Shown here: in pieces, positions 46,631-56,229 of the stretch
How the letters are laid out: each line of letters starts with the position of its first letter
Position numbering within the stretch: position 1 is the first letter of the stretch
The notes under the pieces: model-generated
What the model was told of the DNA's origin: nothing
Seen by the model: the letters and a program-made list of their open reading frames with translations, nothing else
Databases searched by the model: none
Position numbers and translations under genes: made by a program
Origin: Candidatus Woesebacteria bacterium
GTDB lineage: Bacteria; Patescibacteriota; Saccharimonadia; Saccharimonadales; EFPC-124
Direction of reading: 5' to 3'
Assembly (NCBI GenBank): GCA_050115675.1
Contig: JASFQB010000002.1
Location: forward strand, 132,376 to 196,375
DNA length: 64,000 bases

Positions 46631-46781
46631 CGCTACCTCCGCTAAGAGTGCTATTAAAATTGTGATTTGCTGCCACGTGTAGTAGCTAATATACTATTAT
46701 AGATTAAATTTAAAAATTGTCAAGTATGCTTAGTGTAATATCGGGTCTGGTATACTTAGCATAGATAATTAGGGCAAAATT

Positions 46782-47444
46782 ATGTCTGATAAAAAACATA
46801 TTGATGTCTTAAGCAAGATCTACGCCCATCCTCTGGTGCATAACATTAAGTGGATAGATTTAGAGCCCGCCTTGCGAACGCTTGGAGTATTTCGCGCGGA
46901 TAAAAATGGCAGCCATCACTTTACACGGGGTGGTAGAACAGTAGTTTTTGAGTACGAAAATGGCGACACGTTAAGTGCTGACGATATTGTAAAGTTGCGG
47001 CATTTTATAAATATCAGCGCTGGTGATGATAACGAAGGTGATCTGCAAGATGATGCCGTGTTAGCAATAGACTACCAAAGAGCAATAATATTTTTTGCGC
47101 CTGACCTAGATGGGCAGAATCGTGAAGTCGTGAAGTCAAAATCTCCAAAAACAAGAATACTCCACGCTAAGCCAACAGCTCCTCCGTACAGTAATGCAGG
47201 ACCAGAAGTCGATCAAAAGTATTTTGACGATATTATCAAGGATATAGCCAAGGCAAAGCGTGTTGTTATTTTATGTCACGGTTCGAACACAAGTAATGCG
47301 GCCTTTAGGCTAATGCAGATAATTAGGCAAAAGCATTCAACATTGGCGCACAGGGTTGCTGCGATTAAGCGCTGTGACTTGGGTGCAATGAGCGAGCGCC
47401 AGATGTTGCAATCTGGTGTGGATCTTTTAAGAATGACTTTTTGA
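46782..47444 (+). CDS. Hypothetical two-domain protein (HicA/YcfA-like N-terminus)
   Basis: N-terminal IKWIDLEPALRTLGVFRADKNGSHHFTRGGRTVVFEY...IVKLRHFI resembles the HicA-type fold signature (GSH). The C-terminal ~130 aa are unassigned. Confidence 0.45.
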   Translation: MSDKKHIDVLSKIYAHPLVHNIKWIDLEPALRTLGVFRADKNGSHHFTRGGRTVVFEYENGDTLSADDIVKLRHFINISAGDDNEGDLQDDAVLAIDYQRAIIFFAPDLDGQNREVVKSKSPKTRILHAKPTAPPYSNAGPEVDQKYFDDIIKDIAKAKRVVILCHGSNTSNAAFRLMQIIRQKHSTLAHRVAAIKRCDLGAMSERQMLQSGVDLLRMTF

Positions 47445-47525
47445 TAATTGTTCTACTGGTTGACTGCTGTGGTAATTAATTCTAATCTGTAATAGCGGAC
47501 AGCCTACGATAGGGAGTGTATTGTC

Positions 47526-48197
47526 ATGGCATTTTTACCGTACATTAGCTTGAATGAGATTCCGCAAGCACTTTGGGTGGTGGCGAGCGGCGTCAGTAAA
47601 TTGGGTGTTGCTCCGTGTGACTCTGAACATCCTTTTGCCTATAATATTGGGTATCAAAATCCCTTGAATAATGCTCAAGCGCAGAGCCTTATGTACTATT
47701 TACTTAGCCTGCCGTGCGTAAGCGGGTTTAAGGAGTGTGATCCGTTTAACCCAGGCGATGCTATTCCTGGCTTGTTTGATGTTAGGGTTAGAATGGATAA
47801 TCCTGATTGTGCGCAACAGGTTTTTGAGGTAATTGTGACAGACCCTTCTCAAAACCGTTGGTCTATATCGGAGATTAAGAGAATTGTTCGTCCAGATTGC
47901 CTATATACTGCATTGGTTGTTCACAGCGCTCAAAAGCTAGCTGGAAACACAGGGCTTTTGTGGATTGTGGTGCGTGATATCTTGACCTCGGTTGAACGCG
48001 ATAGATTGCTAAGACAATTGCCAAAATTGCACGCTGTACATAGTGCAACGCTAAGAGGTGAGTCAATTTTTGAGTTGCGCGTGGACTATAGGGCTGTAAA
48101 AGATGTAAATCTGATGACTAGTCGTCTTGCGGTTTTGGGAATTTTCCCAGACTTTAGGGCCGAAATAGGTGGCACAGTGTATCAGTCTACTATGTGA
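47526..48197 (+). CDS. Hypothetical protein (223 aa)
   Basis: ORF with GGGAG 9 nt upstream of the ATG. No motif recognised. Confidence 0.45.
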   Translation: MAFLPYISLNEIPQALWVVASGVSKLGVAPCDSEHPFAYNIGYQNPLNNAQAQSLMYYLLSLPCVSGFKECDPFNPGDAIPGLFDVRVRMDNPDCAQQVFEVIVTDPSQNRWSISEIKRIVRPDCLYTALVVHSAQKLAGNTGLLWIVVRDILTSVERDRLLRQLPKLHAVHSATLRGESIFELRVDYRAVKDVNLMTSRLAVLGIFPDFRAEIGGTVYQSTM

Positions 48198-48323
48198 CTT
48201 TGCAGGCGGATGGGTTATGTTTTATGAGCTCATCCGCCTTTAAGATTGTTGATATTTTTTTACAACGTTTGTATTATTATAGTGTTAATGGTTAATTAAT
48301 CTAAAAAAATAAATAGGGGGCAA

Positions 48324-48884
48324 ATGGCAGCTAAGACGTCAAAGAAAACAGTAAAAGAAAGTACTAGCGTGGCGCGCACGGCGCTGGTTTTGCATGGTAT
48401 TGCGGCAATTATATTTGGTATTGCGGCAGTGTTTTGGCCAGGACTTACAACGGTTACGTTGGTGTATATATTGGCAGCATTTTTAATGATAGATGGTGTA
48501 ATTGCACTTGTTTGGGGGCTTGTACGATTAAACAATTTCTTGGTAGCTTTGCTTACGATATTGTTAGGCTTGGTAGAACTTGGCGCGGGTCTGTACTTGG
48601 TTCGCGAGCCTGCCCTAGCGCTTGCGACATTAATTATAATCTTGGGGTTGGTGCTTGTCGTACGGGGTGTTATAGCTTTTGTGCACATGTTTACCGAAAA
48701 AGACTTACCGTCTGTTAAGGCTATGCATGGAATCCAGGGATTTTTGGGTATAGTAGTAGGTATCTTTATTTTGGCACAACCTGTTGCAAGTGGATTGGCC
48801 TTTGTTTGGGTGCTTGGTTTTTACGCGCTTATTGCTGGCGCTGTGATGATTGCAATGTCTTCAGTTATTTACGACAAGAGATAG
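48324..48884 (+). CDS. hdeD: HdeD-family (DUF308) acid-resistance membrane protein
   Basis: Repeated DUF308 helices (HGIAAIIFGIAAVFWPG...AAFLMIDGVIALVWG...GIQGFLGIVVGIFIL). GGGGG RBS. Confidence 0.65.
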   Translation: MAAKTSKKTVKESTSVARTALVLHGIAAIIFGIAAVFWPGLTTVTLVYILAAFLMIDGVIALVWGLVRLNNFLVALLTILLGLVELGAGLYLVREPALALATLIIILGLVLVVRGVIAFVHMFTEKDLPSVKAMHGIQGFLGIVVGIFILAQPVASGLAFVWVLGFYALIAGAVMIAMSSVIYDKR

Positions 48885-48904
48885 GTTATTCTGGCAGTAA
48901 TAAT

Positions 48905-48930
48905 AAAAAGCGGACATATGCCCGCTTTTT
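48905..48930. terminator. Bidirectional terminator between convergent genes
   Basis: aaaaagcgg-acatatgc-ccgcttttt. Confidence 0.55.
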
Positions 48931-48931
48931 A

Positions 48932-49879
48932 TTATGAGCTTGTCGCATTGACTTTTGCGCTGCCAGAATCCTCTGTGGTACTATTGTTGGTCTGTATGTC
49001 AACGTTTGCTGATGACCCCGAGGTAGCTGCGTCAACGCTGTTGGTTTTGTTTGGATCAAAGATCCTCTTGGATTTGTCTACTATATATTTAAGAAAATTT
49101 GCAAAGCATATACCTGTTAAAAATGCTAACCCGGAGCAGCTGTATGGATTTGAGTCCTCGATATTAGCGCTTTCTAGTGTTGTTAAATTAAAAAGCGATA
49201 CAAATGTAAAGATAAAAAAGCCACCTATTGCACCAAGTAGTGGACGCGTCATCCAGTATGGGTATGATTCATCCGAAAAGCGTCTTTGTTCTTTGCGAAT
49301 TGAGCGCAAATATTCTTGCTGTTCTCTAGGATATATGTTGCATGCTTCTTTTCTGATTGCGCCTTTTTCTTTTTCGTCGCCTTGGTCATCCGCATAAGTA
49401 AATGAAGTGCCTGCAGGGTTGGTTATGTGGTTGTATATAGCGCAGACTCCGTAAGTTGCACCACCAATAAGGCCTGAAATAACGCAGTACGCAGGTATTT
49501 TAAAGGTGTCCATTCTATCTGGAGGTATTGTTAGTCCTATTATTTGCAGTAAATCGATAATAGCTCCGTTCCAGACTGCAACAAGGCAAAATATACCAAT
49601 TATCACCCACAAGACTTCCCAAGTTGTTAACAGCAGTGGTTTTAGGGGGCACCAAAATAAAAACCATCTTTTGTTGAAGCTGGAGCCTTTTTGCAGGGCA
49701 TGCTTTTGTATGCAGGTGTAGCACTCTTCTTCAAGTGCGTTGTTTGCCTTTGTGATTTTTATTTCATCTTCTTTGTATAGTTTTGCTTGTTCTTTGCAAG
49801 TCTCTGTAATTGCTTTTTCGTTGCACGCAGTGATTTGACTACCAGCTCGTGGTTTTTCTTGTCCGTTTGGTCTTGCCAT
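48932..49879 (-). CDS. Membrane protein with cytoplasmic Cys-containing N-terminus, unknown function
   Basis: 315-aa ORF, about 5 TM helices, S/T/N-rich C-terminal tail. No motif recognised. Confidence 0.45.
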   Translation of the reverse strand: MARPNGQEKPRAGSQITACNEKAITETCKEQAKLYKEDEIKITKANNALEEECYTCIQKHALQKGSSFNKRWFLFWCPLKPLLLTTWEVLWVIIGIFCLVAVWNGAIIDLLQIIGLTIPPDRMDTFKIPAYCVISGLIGGATYGVCAIYNHITNPAGTSFTYADDQGDEKEKGAIRKEACNIYPREQQEYLRSIRKEQRRFSDESYPYWMTRPLLGAIGGFFIFTFVSLFNLTTLESANIEDSNPYSCSGLAFLTGICFANFLKYIVDKSKRIFDPNKTNSVDAATSGSSANVDIQTNNSTTEDSGSAKVNATSS

Positions 49880-49946
49880 ATTATGCCCTCCAACAAATAA
49901 TATGAGTTCATTATACTAAATAAAATTAATCTATTAAATTTGTATT

Positions 49947-50237
49947 TTACTTGTGCTTTTTGCCTTTGGGTAATTTGTTTAGGGCGATTGCAAGCACGTA
50001 AACAATTACACAAAAAGGTATTGCTGCGATAATGTGTGAGATTCCGCTAAAATCACCACTAAAAATTTCTCCAAATCCAAAAAAAGCAAAAAATATTACT
50101 ATAGCAGTGCATAGTAAAGATGTAGCGCAGGCGATTAATTTAGCAATAAAATATTTATTTACTGTCTTTTTTATTTTAGTCTTAAAGACATAAAGCAAAA
50201 TTGCAACAATGCATGCGCCAATTAAAAATTCTATCAT
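49947..50237 (-). CDS. Small membrane protein (96 aa, 3 TM)
   Basis: Hydrophobic ORF with GAGGAG upstream of the ATG. Confidence 0.45.
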   Translation of the reverse strand: MIEFLIGACIVAILLYVFKTKIKKTVNKYFIAKLIACATSLLCTAIVIFFAFFGFGEIFSGDFSGISHIIAAIPFCVIVYVLAIALNKLPKGKKHK

Positions 50238-50322
50238 AATACACTCCTCGTATATTATTATAATAATATTTAATGCTTGATATTTAAAACCTTTTATATG
50301 CTAAAATCAGCTAAATTTGAAA

Positions 50323-50351
50323 CGCCCCTGCAAGACTGGCTTGCAGGGGCG
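50323..50351 (-). terminator. Rho-independent terminator of the PBP gene
   Basis: cgcccctgcaag-actggc-ttgcaggggcg (11-bp stem). The minus strand continues tttcaaattt. Confidence 0.7.
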
Positions 50352-50368
50352 GTGCAGTGTACTAAAAA

Positions 50369-52591
50369 CTATTCTGGAGTGCTTACTGAGGGCGAAGTAG
50401 CAGACCGGCTTGGCCTGGGGCTTGCCGTGTGACTGACTGTGGCGCTGGGCATTGAGCTTGGCAAAGTCGACTCCGGAGCGATAGGGCTTGAGCTAGAGCT
50501 CGGCATTGTCATTTTGCTTAGCCCAATGACCCTGCCTGAGTTAAGCTCAGCGTCACTAAAGCTTACATTGGGGTAGTTGCTCAGCGCTGTCGCAAAGAAA
50601 TTCTGACAAATTTTAGCAACATCCGAACCCCAGATGTCGCCATCGGTGTTGCGGTTGTCTTTGTAGCCTGCCCAGGCAGAGCAGACGTATGTCGGAACCT
50701 CACCAGAGGAATCCTTCGCATTAAACGCCAGCATCCAAGCGTCACTGTTGGTTGTTCCTGTTTTGCCGGCAAGTTGATGACCAGAGACTTGTGCGTTCTT
50801 GGCGGTGCCCTTGGTGAACACGCCGGTCATGACCTGGTTAATGGTGTTTGCCGTGCTTTCAGAAACAATTCGCTTTGACTTGGTGTTGTTCTCGTAGATT
50901 GTGCCACCCTCACTCGAGGTGATTTTCTCGATGATGTAGCGGGAAGTGTGAACTCCACCATTTGCGAGAGTCGAATAAGCAGAAGCCATCTTGAACGGTG
51001 TAGTAGTTAGCGTGTCGCCAATCGCCAGCCTGACTGCCTCTGCAATCTCGGTTTTGTTAGTTCTTCCGGGCACAAGGCTATCGTCTCCACCGAGTTCTCG
51101 GTAGAGCTCGGCAACTGTTGCAGGGCTAACTGGATAGTCATCGTCAATATCAACAAGCTGGCCAGTGTTGCAGTCTGCCATCTTGCCAGAGATCATCTCG
51201 ATGGCAATTGGGTTGTTAGAGTAGGCAATCGCATCAGCAAGAGTCAGCTTGCATCCATTTGCAGCCTTTTTGTCGTCATTCCAGATGGCAGGACCATCAA
51301 TGGCAATAGACGCAGGCGCAGCAAACTGCGACTGCACAGAGATTCCTTCATCAACAAGATCGGCCAAAACCAGAGGCTTCATGGTAGAGCCAGGCTGCCT
51401 GTTGGCGTAAAGTGCGTTGTTAAACCCGTCTGAGGAGTAGTCGGTGCCGCCATACATGGCGACAATACTGCCAGTCTCGGGGTTCATAATTATCACACCA
51501 GCAGAAAGGCCGGTCTTGGGTAGCTTGCTTTTGACCGCTTTACCAACGGCACTCTGAAGTTTGGGGTCAATTGAGGTAGTAATGGTTAGTCCGCCACGAG
51601 CCAGCATAGACTCTGCGGTGGCTTCACCTTGATTGCTAGCCTCATCGTCGCTAAGTCCGTAGGTGTCCTTGGCGATTTGCGTTTGCAATTCGGTCGTCCA
51701 TGACTTAATGTGATCAAGAAGGAATGGGTCTGTGTCACTAGAGCTACCAGAAGGCTTGCTGCTGGTAGATATTGCAAGTGGCAACATAGCCTTGGCTTGA
51801 TCAATGATGTCCTGTGGAACCAAGTCTGACTCGTCGATGCCCTTAATTTTGCGTAGGCCATCAAGGACATACTTTTGGCGATCGACAATCTCATCTTCGT
51901 GGACAAGTTTGCCGTTCTCGATGGTGGAGTAGTAGCTTGGGCTCTTGATTAGGGCCGCCAAAAACGCGGCTCGTGCCACGTCCTCTGCGTCGTTTTGTCC
52001 GTCAATTGTCAGAGTTTTAGCATCAACGCCAAACCACATCTGAGCAGCATCTGCAATTCCGTACGAACCCCTACCGTAGTAGTTGGAGTTCATATACTTG
52101 TCGAGAATCTCGTCTTTGCTAAACTTGCTCTCAACCTGGTAGGCGTACTGAGCCTCACGAATCTTTCGCTCGGCCGTCTGCTCCTGGCTGAGGTATGCAT
52201 TTTTTACGTACTGCTGCGTGATGGTTGATCCACCGGCAGAAATTGCACCGTTTTTAGCGTTGGTAATCATGGCTCGGGTCAAGCCCCAGGCCGAGATGGC
52301 ACCATGCTTATAGTAGCTTCTGTCTTCGGCGGACAAATGAGCCTGACGAAGCAATACGGGCATATCCGCATCGCTAATAGACTCACTGCCTGCGCCACTT
52401 GCGGCAATGTGACCTAATTCCTCGCCGTTGGAGGCAAGAATGACTGAAGATTCGCCAATTTTCAAGGGCGGTAGCGGTAGCTTTGCCGCCTGATTCTTGA
52501 AGTACTGAGTAACTCCGAAATACGACCCCACTGCAATCAGCAGCGCAATCACAATTCCAAAAGTTACTACCTTTCGGAACAGTTTTTTCAT
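50369..52591 (-). CDS. Class A penicillin-binding protein (GT51 transglycosylase + transpeptidase)
   Basis: GT51 motifs SAEDRSYYKHGAIS and GGSTITQQYVKN. Transpeptidase STMKP (SxxK), YSNN (SxN), KTGTT. S/P-rich C-terminal tail. The ATG at 52591 with GAGGAG RBS is preferred over 52630. Confidence 0.9.
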   Translation of the reverse strand: MKKLFRKVVTFGIVIALLIAVGSYFGVTQYFKNQAAKLPLPPLKIGESSVILASNGEELGHIAASGAGSESISDADMPVLLRQAHLSAEDRSYYKHGAISAWGLTRAMITNAKNGAISAGGSTITQQYVKNAYLSQEQTAERKIREAQYAYQVESKFSKDEILDKYMNSNYYGRGSYGIADAAQMWFGVDAKTLTIDGQNDAEDVARAAFLAALIKSPSYYSTIENGKLVHEDEIVDRQKYVLDGLRKIKGIDESDLVPQDIIDQAKAMLPLAISTSSKPSGSSSDTDPFLLDHIKSWTTELQTQIAKDTYGLSDDEASNQGEATAESMLARGGLTITTSIDPKLQSAVGKAVKSKLPKTGLSAGVIIMNPETGSIVAMYGGTDYSSDGFNNALYANRQPGSTMKPLVLADLVDEGISVQSQFAAPASIAIDGPAIWNDDKKAANGCKLTLADAIAYSNNPIAIEMISGKMADCNTGQLVDIDDDYPVSPATVAELYRELGGDDSLVPGRTNKTEIAEAVRLAIGDTLTTTPFKMASAYSTLANGGVHTSRYIIEKITSSEGGTIYENNTKSKRIVSESTANTINQVMTGVFTKGTAKNAQVSGHQLAGKTGTTNSDAWMLAFNAKDSSGEVPTYVCSAWAGYKDNRNTDGDIWGSDVAKICQNFFATALSNYPNVSFSDAELNSGRVIGLSKMTMPSSSSSPIAPESTLPSSMPSATVSHTASPRPSRSATSPSVSTPE

Positions 52592-52733
52592 GCTCCTCAA
52601 GTTCCCCTCAGTCGGGATTTGCATGACCATATTTAGTTTTTAAGGTAACACTGACGTGCGGTATGTACTATATCAGATAACTTTTGTAAGTACAAATTAA
52701 TAGCCCGCGCATTATGTGCACGGGCGCAGTTAG

Positions 52734-53144
52734 TTAACCAAAATCTGGTGTAGAAATTTGGTAAAGTTCGATTTCTTTAGGATGGCAACTAATGGAACTG
52801 CCAAGTTCTAGCATGTTGGTACGAGGATTGCATCTGGTGTCGTAGCAATTTAGTACAATGTAGTGCCTCCGCCACACCATGATCTGCATAATGGCTAGTA
52901 CATTATCAGGGCTAACATAGTAATGACCTTTAGTTCCTGCTTCGATGTGTCGTATGACGGTAATGTGGTCGCTAAAGCGCGTATCAAAAATCTCTACCCA
53001 CTGTCCGCCAAAACCACTGTAGTTAAAGGCACCCCAAAACACTACTTTTGTGTCGTTATTATCCACATTTCTTCTGCCGCACTCAGAGCAAAAAGCACCA
53101 GCTCCGTTATTGCGATGTTGGATAGGACAAGTTAGCTTACCCAT
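52734..53144 (-). CDS. Hypothetical protein with N-terminal zinc-ribbon (136 aa)
   Basis: MGKLTCPIQH...FCSECG. AAAGGAG RBS 6 nt upstream of the ATG at 53144. Confidence 0.5.
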   Translation of the reverse strand: MGKLTCPIQHRNNGAGAFCSECGRRNVDNNDTKVVFWGAFNYSGFGGQWVEIFDTRFSDHITVIRHIEAGTKGHYYVSPDNVLAIMQIMVWRRHYIVLNCYDTRCNPRTNMLELGSSISCHPKEIELYQISTPDFG

Positions 53145-53283
53145 GTTCGCTCCTTTAATCTGAGGGTGTGATGCTATAGTTGCACATTTTAAACTTTGCG
53201 TCAAAGCGGCTGTTATTTTTAAATCAATTATAGTAAATTAATAAGCATAAGCATAAGCATATCAAAAAAAATGGGGGCTAGCT

Positions 53284-53754
53284 ATGCAAAAAAATACTAA
53301 AATCAAAGGGGTAAAAACATCCCAAAAACAATTAAATTGGTTTATGCGCATGAAGGTTTGGCAGCGAGTGCTGCTGATACTGGCTGTTATTGCGGTTGCT
53401 GTGGTTGTAGTTGCTAACCTAGCAACAAGTCCATCTGCGAAAGTGAGCGACGACTTTTTGAATAGCGTTCAGGCTAAAGACTCTGATTCGGCATATGCAC
53501 TGCTGTCTTCTGGTGCAAAAGAAACGATAACTAGTGCCGACTTTAAGGACATTGTTGATCAGATTGGACCAATCTTAAATACTCAAGAAAAGACAATAAC
53601 AAAATCAGTTCAAGCACAAACAGGCAGCCAACCTACGGCACGTGTTGAGTACGAAATACTTGGAACAGACGGAGTTACGTATTCAATCGTAGTAAACCTA
53701 GTAGAAGAAAACGGAAAATGGAAAGTTCTAAACTTTGAAAGTACGCAAAAGTAG
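53284..53754 (+). CDS. Membrane-anchored small protein (DUF4878/NTF2-like pattern)
   Basis: TM anchor, then FLNSVQAKDSDSAYALLS...VVNLVEENGKWKVLNF, typical of small NTF2-like lipoprotein domains (tentative). Confidence 0.45.
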   Translation: MQKNTKIKGVKTSQKQLNWFMRMKVWQRVLLILAVIAVAVVVVANLATSPSAKVSDDFLNSVQAKDSDSAYALLSSGAKETITSADFKDIVDQIGPILNTQEKTITKSVQAQTGSQPTARVEYEILGTDGVTYSIVVNLVEENGKWKVLNFESTQK

Positions 53755-53983
53755 TTCTATGACCATTTGCGATTGAACATAATTAAATAATAAACAAAAT
53801 TTATAAAAAAGCCTTGTAGCCAATTATTATGCGTGTTACGGTAGAAGTATGTTAGATAATTTAGTATACCTATTAAGCGCGTTGTTTCATCATTTAGATT
53901 TATTGTGTAAGTTTTTGCTTACGCATTAAACGATTGGCCGCAGCTTGCCTAAAAGCTGGTTTTATATTAGAATTTGCTTGTAA

Positions 53984-54892
53984 TTGTCGCCTCTCTGTTT
54001 GGGGGAACCTGTGAAGGCTTGCTTTTTTGGTGTTAGACGGCTTAGTGTATTCATCTGCACTTTAGCGTTGCTGCCTTTGGCTGCTGTGGCTTGTGACTTC
54101 GAGCCAAATAGTGTCGTTGTGCCAGATGGTATGCTTGTTGGTGTGTCAGTTTACGATCGCGAAAAGTCAAAGTATTTGGCAGAGCAAGACAGCCATAGAC
54201 CATTCATGGCCGCCTCTCTAACTAAGCTTTTGCTTGCTATTGGATTTTATAAGAATAATCCATCTCCAACGCGGACTCAAAAAGATACGATTGATCGCAT
54301 GCTAAGCGCAAGTGACGACGATGTTGCCTCTGCCATGTATCGTAATGGCGGCAAAAAAGCTATGATTCAGTCTGTCGTGGCAGAGATTGGTCTTGACGAT
54401 ACAACACCCCCTCCTGCTGGACATAATGGCTGGGGTGCTACTATTACGACCGCAAACGACATAGTTAAAGTGTATCAATATATTCTAGATTCTGATGCCA
54501 GCGTTCGTGAACCGATAATGGCTGCGCTTAGTAGATTTATTGAGTGTTCGGCCGACGGGTTTAATCAAAAATATGGACTTTTTGCATTTGCTGAAGATGA
54601 TAGGTACTCTGTTGCGGTCGCTAAACAGGGGTGGTACGCGTTTGCTAATACGCCAGCATCTGGTTCTTGCGATGGAAGTGTGAGCGGTGAAGCTCATGCC
54701 AAATATTCTGGCAATGCAGCTACTGTGGGCGGGGTAGATTGGTCTCGTGAATTTTTGCACACAACTGGCATTGTCGGAGATAGCAACCGATATATTGTTG
54801 CCGTTTTAACTTCGTCTTCAGCAGGAACATCATTTGCAGATGCAAATAGCGATCTTGAAGAGGTGTTGAACAGCGCTCTTGGCGGAGTTTAG
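53984..54892 (+). CDS. Class A beta-lactamase-like / DD-peptidase-like serine hydrolase
   Basis: Signal sequence, SxxK motif in FMAASLTKLLLA, later SASDDD and VAKQGW (KTG-like). TTG start. Confidence 0.5.
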   Translation: MSPLCLGEPVKACFFGVRRLSVFICTLALLPLAAVACDFEPNSVVVPDGMLVGVSVYDREKSKYLAEQDSHRPFMAASLTKLLLAIGFYKNNPSPTRTQKDTIDRMLSASDDDVASAMYRNGGKKAMIQSVVAEIGLDDTTPPPAGHNGWGATITTANDIVKVYQYILDSDASVREPIMAALSRFIECSADGFNQKYGLFAFAEDDRYSVAVAKQGWYAFANTPASGSCDGSVSGEAHAKYSGNAATVGGVDWSREFLHTTGIVGDSNRYIVAVLTSSSAGTSFADANSDLEEVLNSALGGV

Positions 54893-55026
54893 AGAAACTT
54901 ATCCTCGCGCATTGACAGTAAATGTAATGCGCGAGGTTTTAATTTGCATGATGTATTGACGGAAGCTGGGAATGTGATAATAATATTATATTGCGAGTTG
55001 GTTAGGGCCTGCATATTGGAGGAATT

Positions 55027-56157
55027 ATGTACACCTACGTGCACGATGGCGTAAGCATTCAAAGAGGTATGCCTGTGTACGCTTCTGATTCATGCTCTGC
55101 GTTTGATGCTTTAGGAGAAGGTCTTCGTAGACGTGTTCAGTCAGAAGGTTGTATGATGCTGTATGCGGCTGATATTGATTGCGATAATGATTGTGTTGTC
55201 GAAGAGCGTCAAGGAGAAAAACCTGGTTATGAGGTTTTGGTAATGATTCACGGTGTAGAATTTAAGATGTTTCAAAATGGCTCTCAAATTCGGGTACCAA
55301 TTATCCGTCGTAAGCAATTTTCTATTATAGTGCTTGCACGGGGTCAAGAGATTCAGCTTAAAAATGGAATCAACATCGTTTACGACACAAAAAACTATGA
55401 GCCAAAATGCACAGCGTGGCAGCAAAACCTTGTTGAAAAAGCGGATTCGTCCAAGCTACGCGCAGGCGAGTACGTTGAGTGTCTGTACCTTAGTCAGGCC
55501 TATGACAGTCATGGAATACCGAGCGATCCAGGTCAGGAGGGGTTGACGCAGATTTTAGCGCCAGGCATTAGCGTTTGTGATGATACGATCTTGGGTAATG
55601 GTGTGCCAATTGGGTTGGCAGAGGCCGAAGATTGTATTCCTGTTTTTGGTGAACCTCAAGACGATAACTATCGTCTGTTTACTGCCAAAACTTGTCACTT
55701 GGGCAACAAACCAGGAGATGATAACGTAAGCTTGTTTGGTCTTCTTTCGTGTGCTTTGGACGTGCCTTCGCGAGCTTGGCTAATTCAAATTGATAGCCTT
55801 ATGTTTCGCAATCCAATTGTGCTTAGTGGTAATCCGCGCATTATCAGGGGTGAGGCGAAGGACGATCATCCTGATATTTGTGAAGGTTTGGCTGTGGTTA
55901 TGCATGATGGTGATGCGTTGGCTTATCATATCTCTGGCAGCAGACATGCGCCTGGTTACATTTCGTACGTGCTGCACGTTACAGGCTCAAGGCCTCAAGT
56001 TACGCGATATCTAAAGTGGCGTGCCGAAGATATGAGACTTAGGCCTGATTACTATAATGCTGCTGGGCGTCGAGGTATTTGGCACTGGCTGGGCCACCGA
56101 AGCCCGAAGCGCAACCGCGAAATTGCGCCTTTGTCTGCGTGTGATTTTAGGGGTTAG
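55027..56157 (+). CDS. Hypothetical cytoplasmic protein (376 aa)
   Basis: Long ORF with GGAGG RBS. No motif recognised. Confidence 0.45.
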   Translation: MYTYVHDGVSIQRGMPVYASDSCSAFDALGEGLRRRVQSEGCMMLYAADIDCDNDCVVEERQGEKPGYEVLVMIHGVEFKMFQNGSQIRVPIIRRKQFSIIVLARGQEIQLKNGINIVYDTKNYEPKCTAWQQNLVEKADSSKLRAGEYVECLYLSQAYDSHGIPSDPGQEGLTQILAPGISVCDDTILGNGVPIGLAEAEDCIPVFGEPQDDNYRLFTAKTCHLGNKPGDDNVSLFGLLSCALDVPSRAWLIQIDSLMFRNPIVLSGNPRIIRGEAKDDHPDICEGLAVVMHDGDALAYHISGSRHAPGYISYVLHVTGSRPQVTRYLKWRAEDMRLRPDYYNAAGRRGIWHWLGHRSPKRNREIAPLSACDFRG

Positions 56158-56229
56158 CCTCAAGAGTGCGTAAGTTTTGCCCGCATTGTCTGTCAAAATG
56201 GCAAACAATGCGGGTTTTAATATCTGCAA

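Noticed and set aside
46004-46645. 213-aa plus-strand ORF
   Set aside because: This is an antisense shadow within the GC-rich gene. Its Ala/Gly/Arg/Val-rich translation lacks a start context. The minus-strand frame has the terminator and Cys/His clusters.
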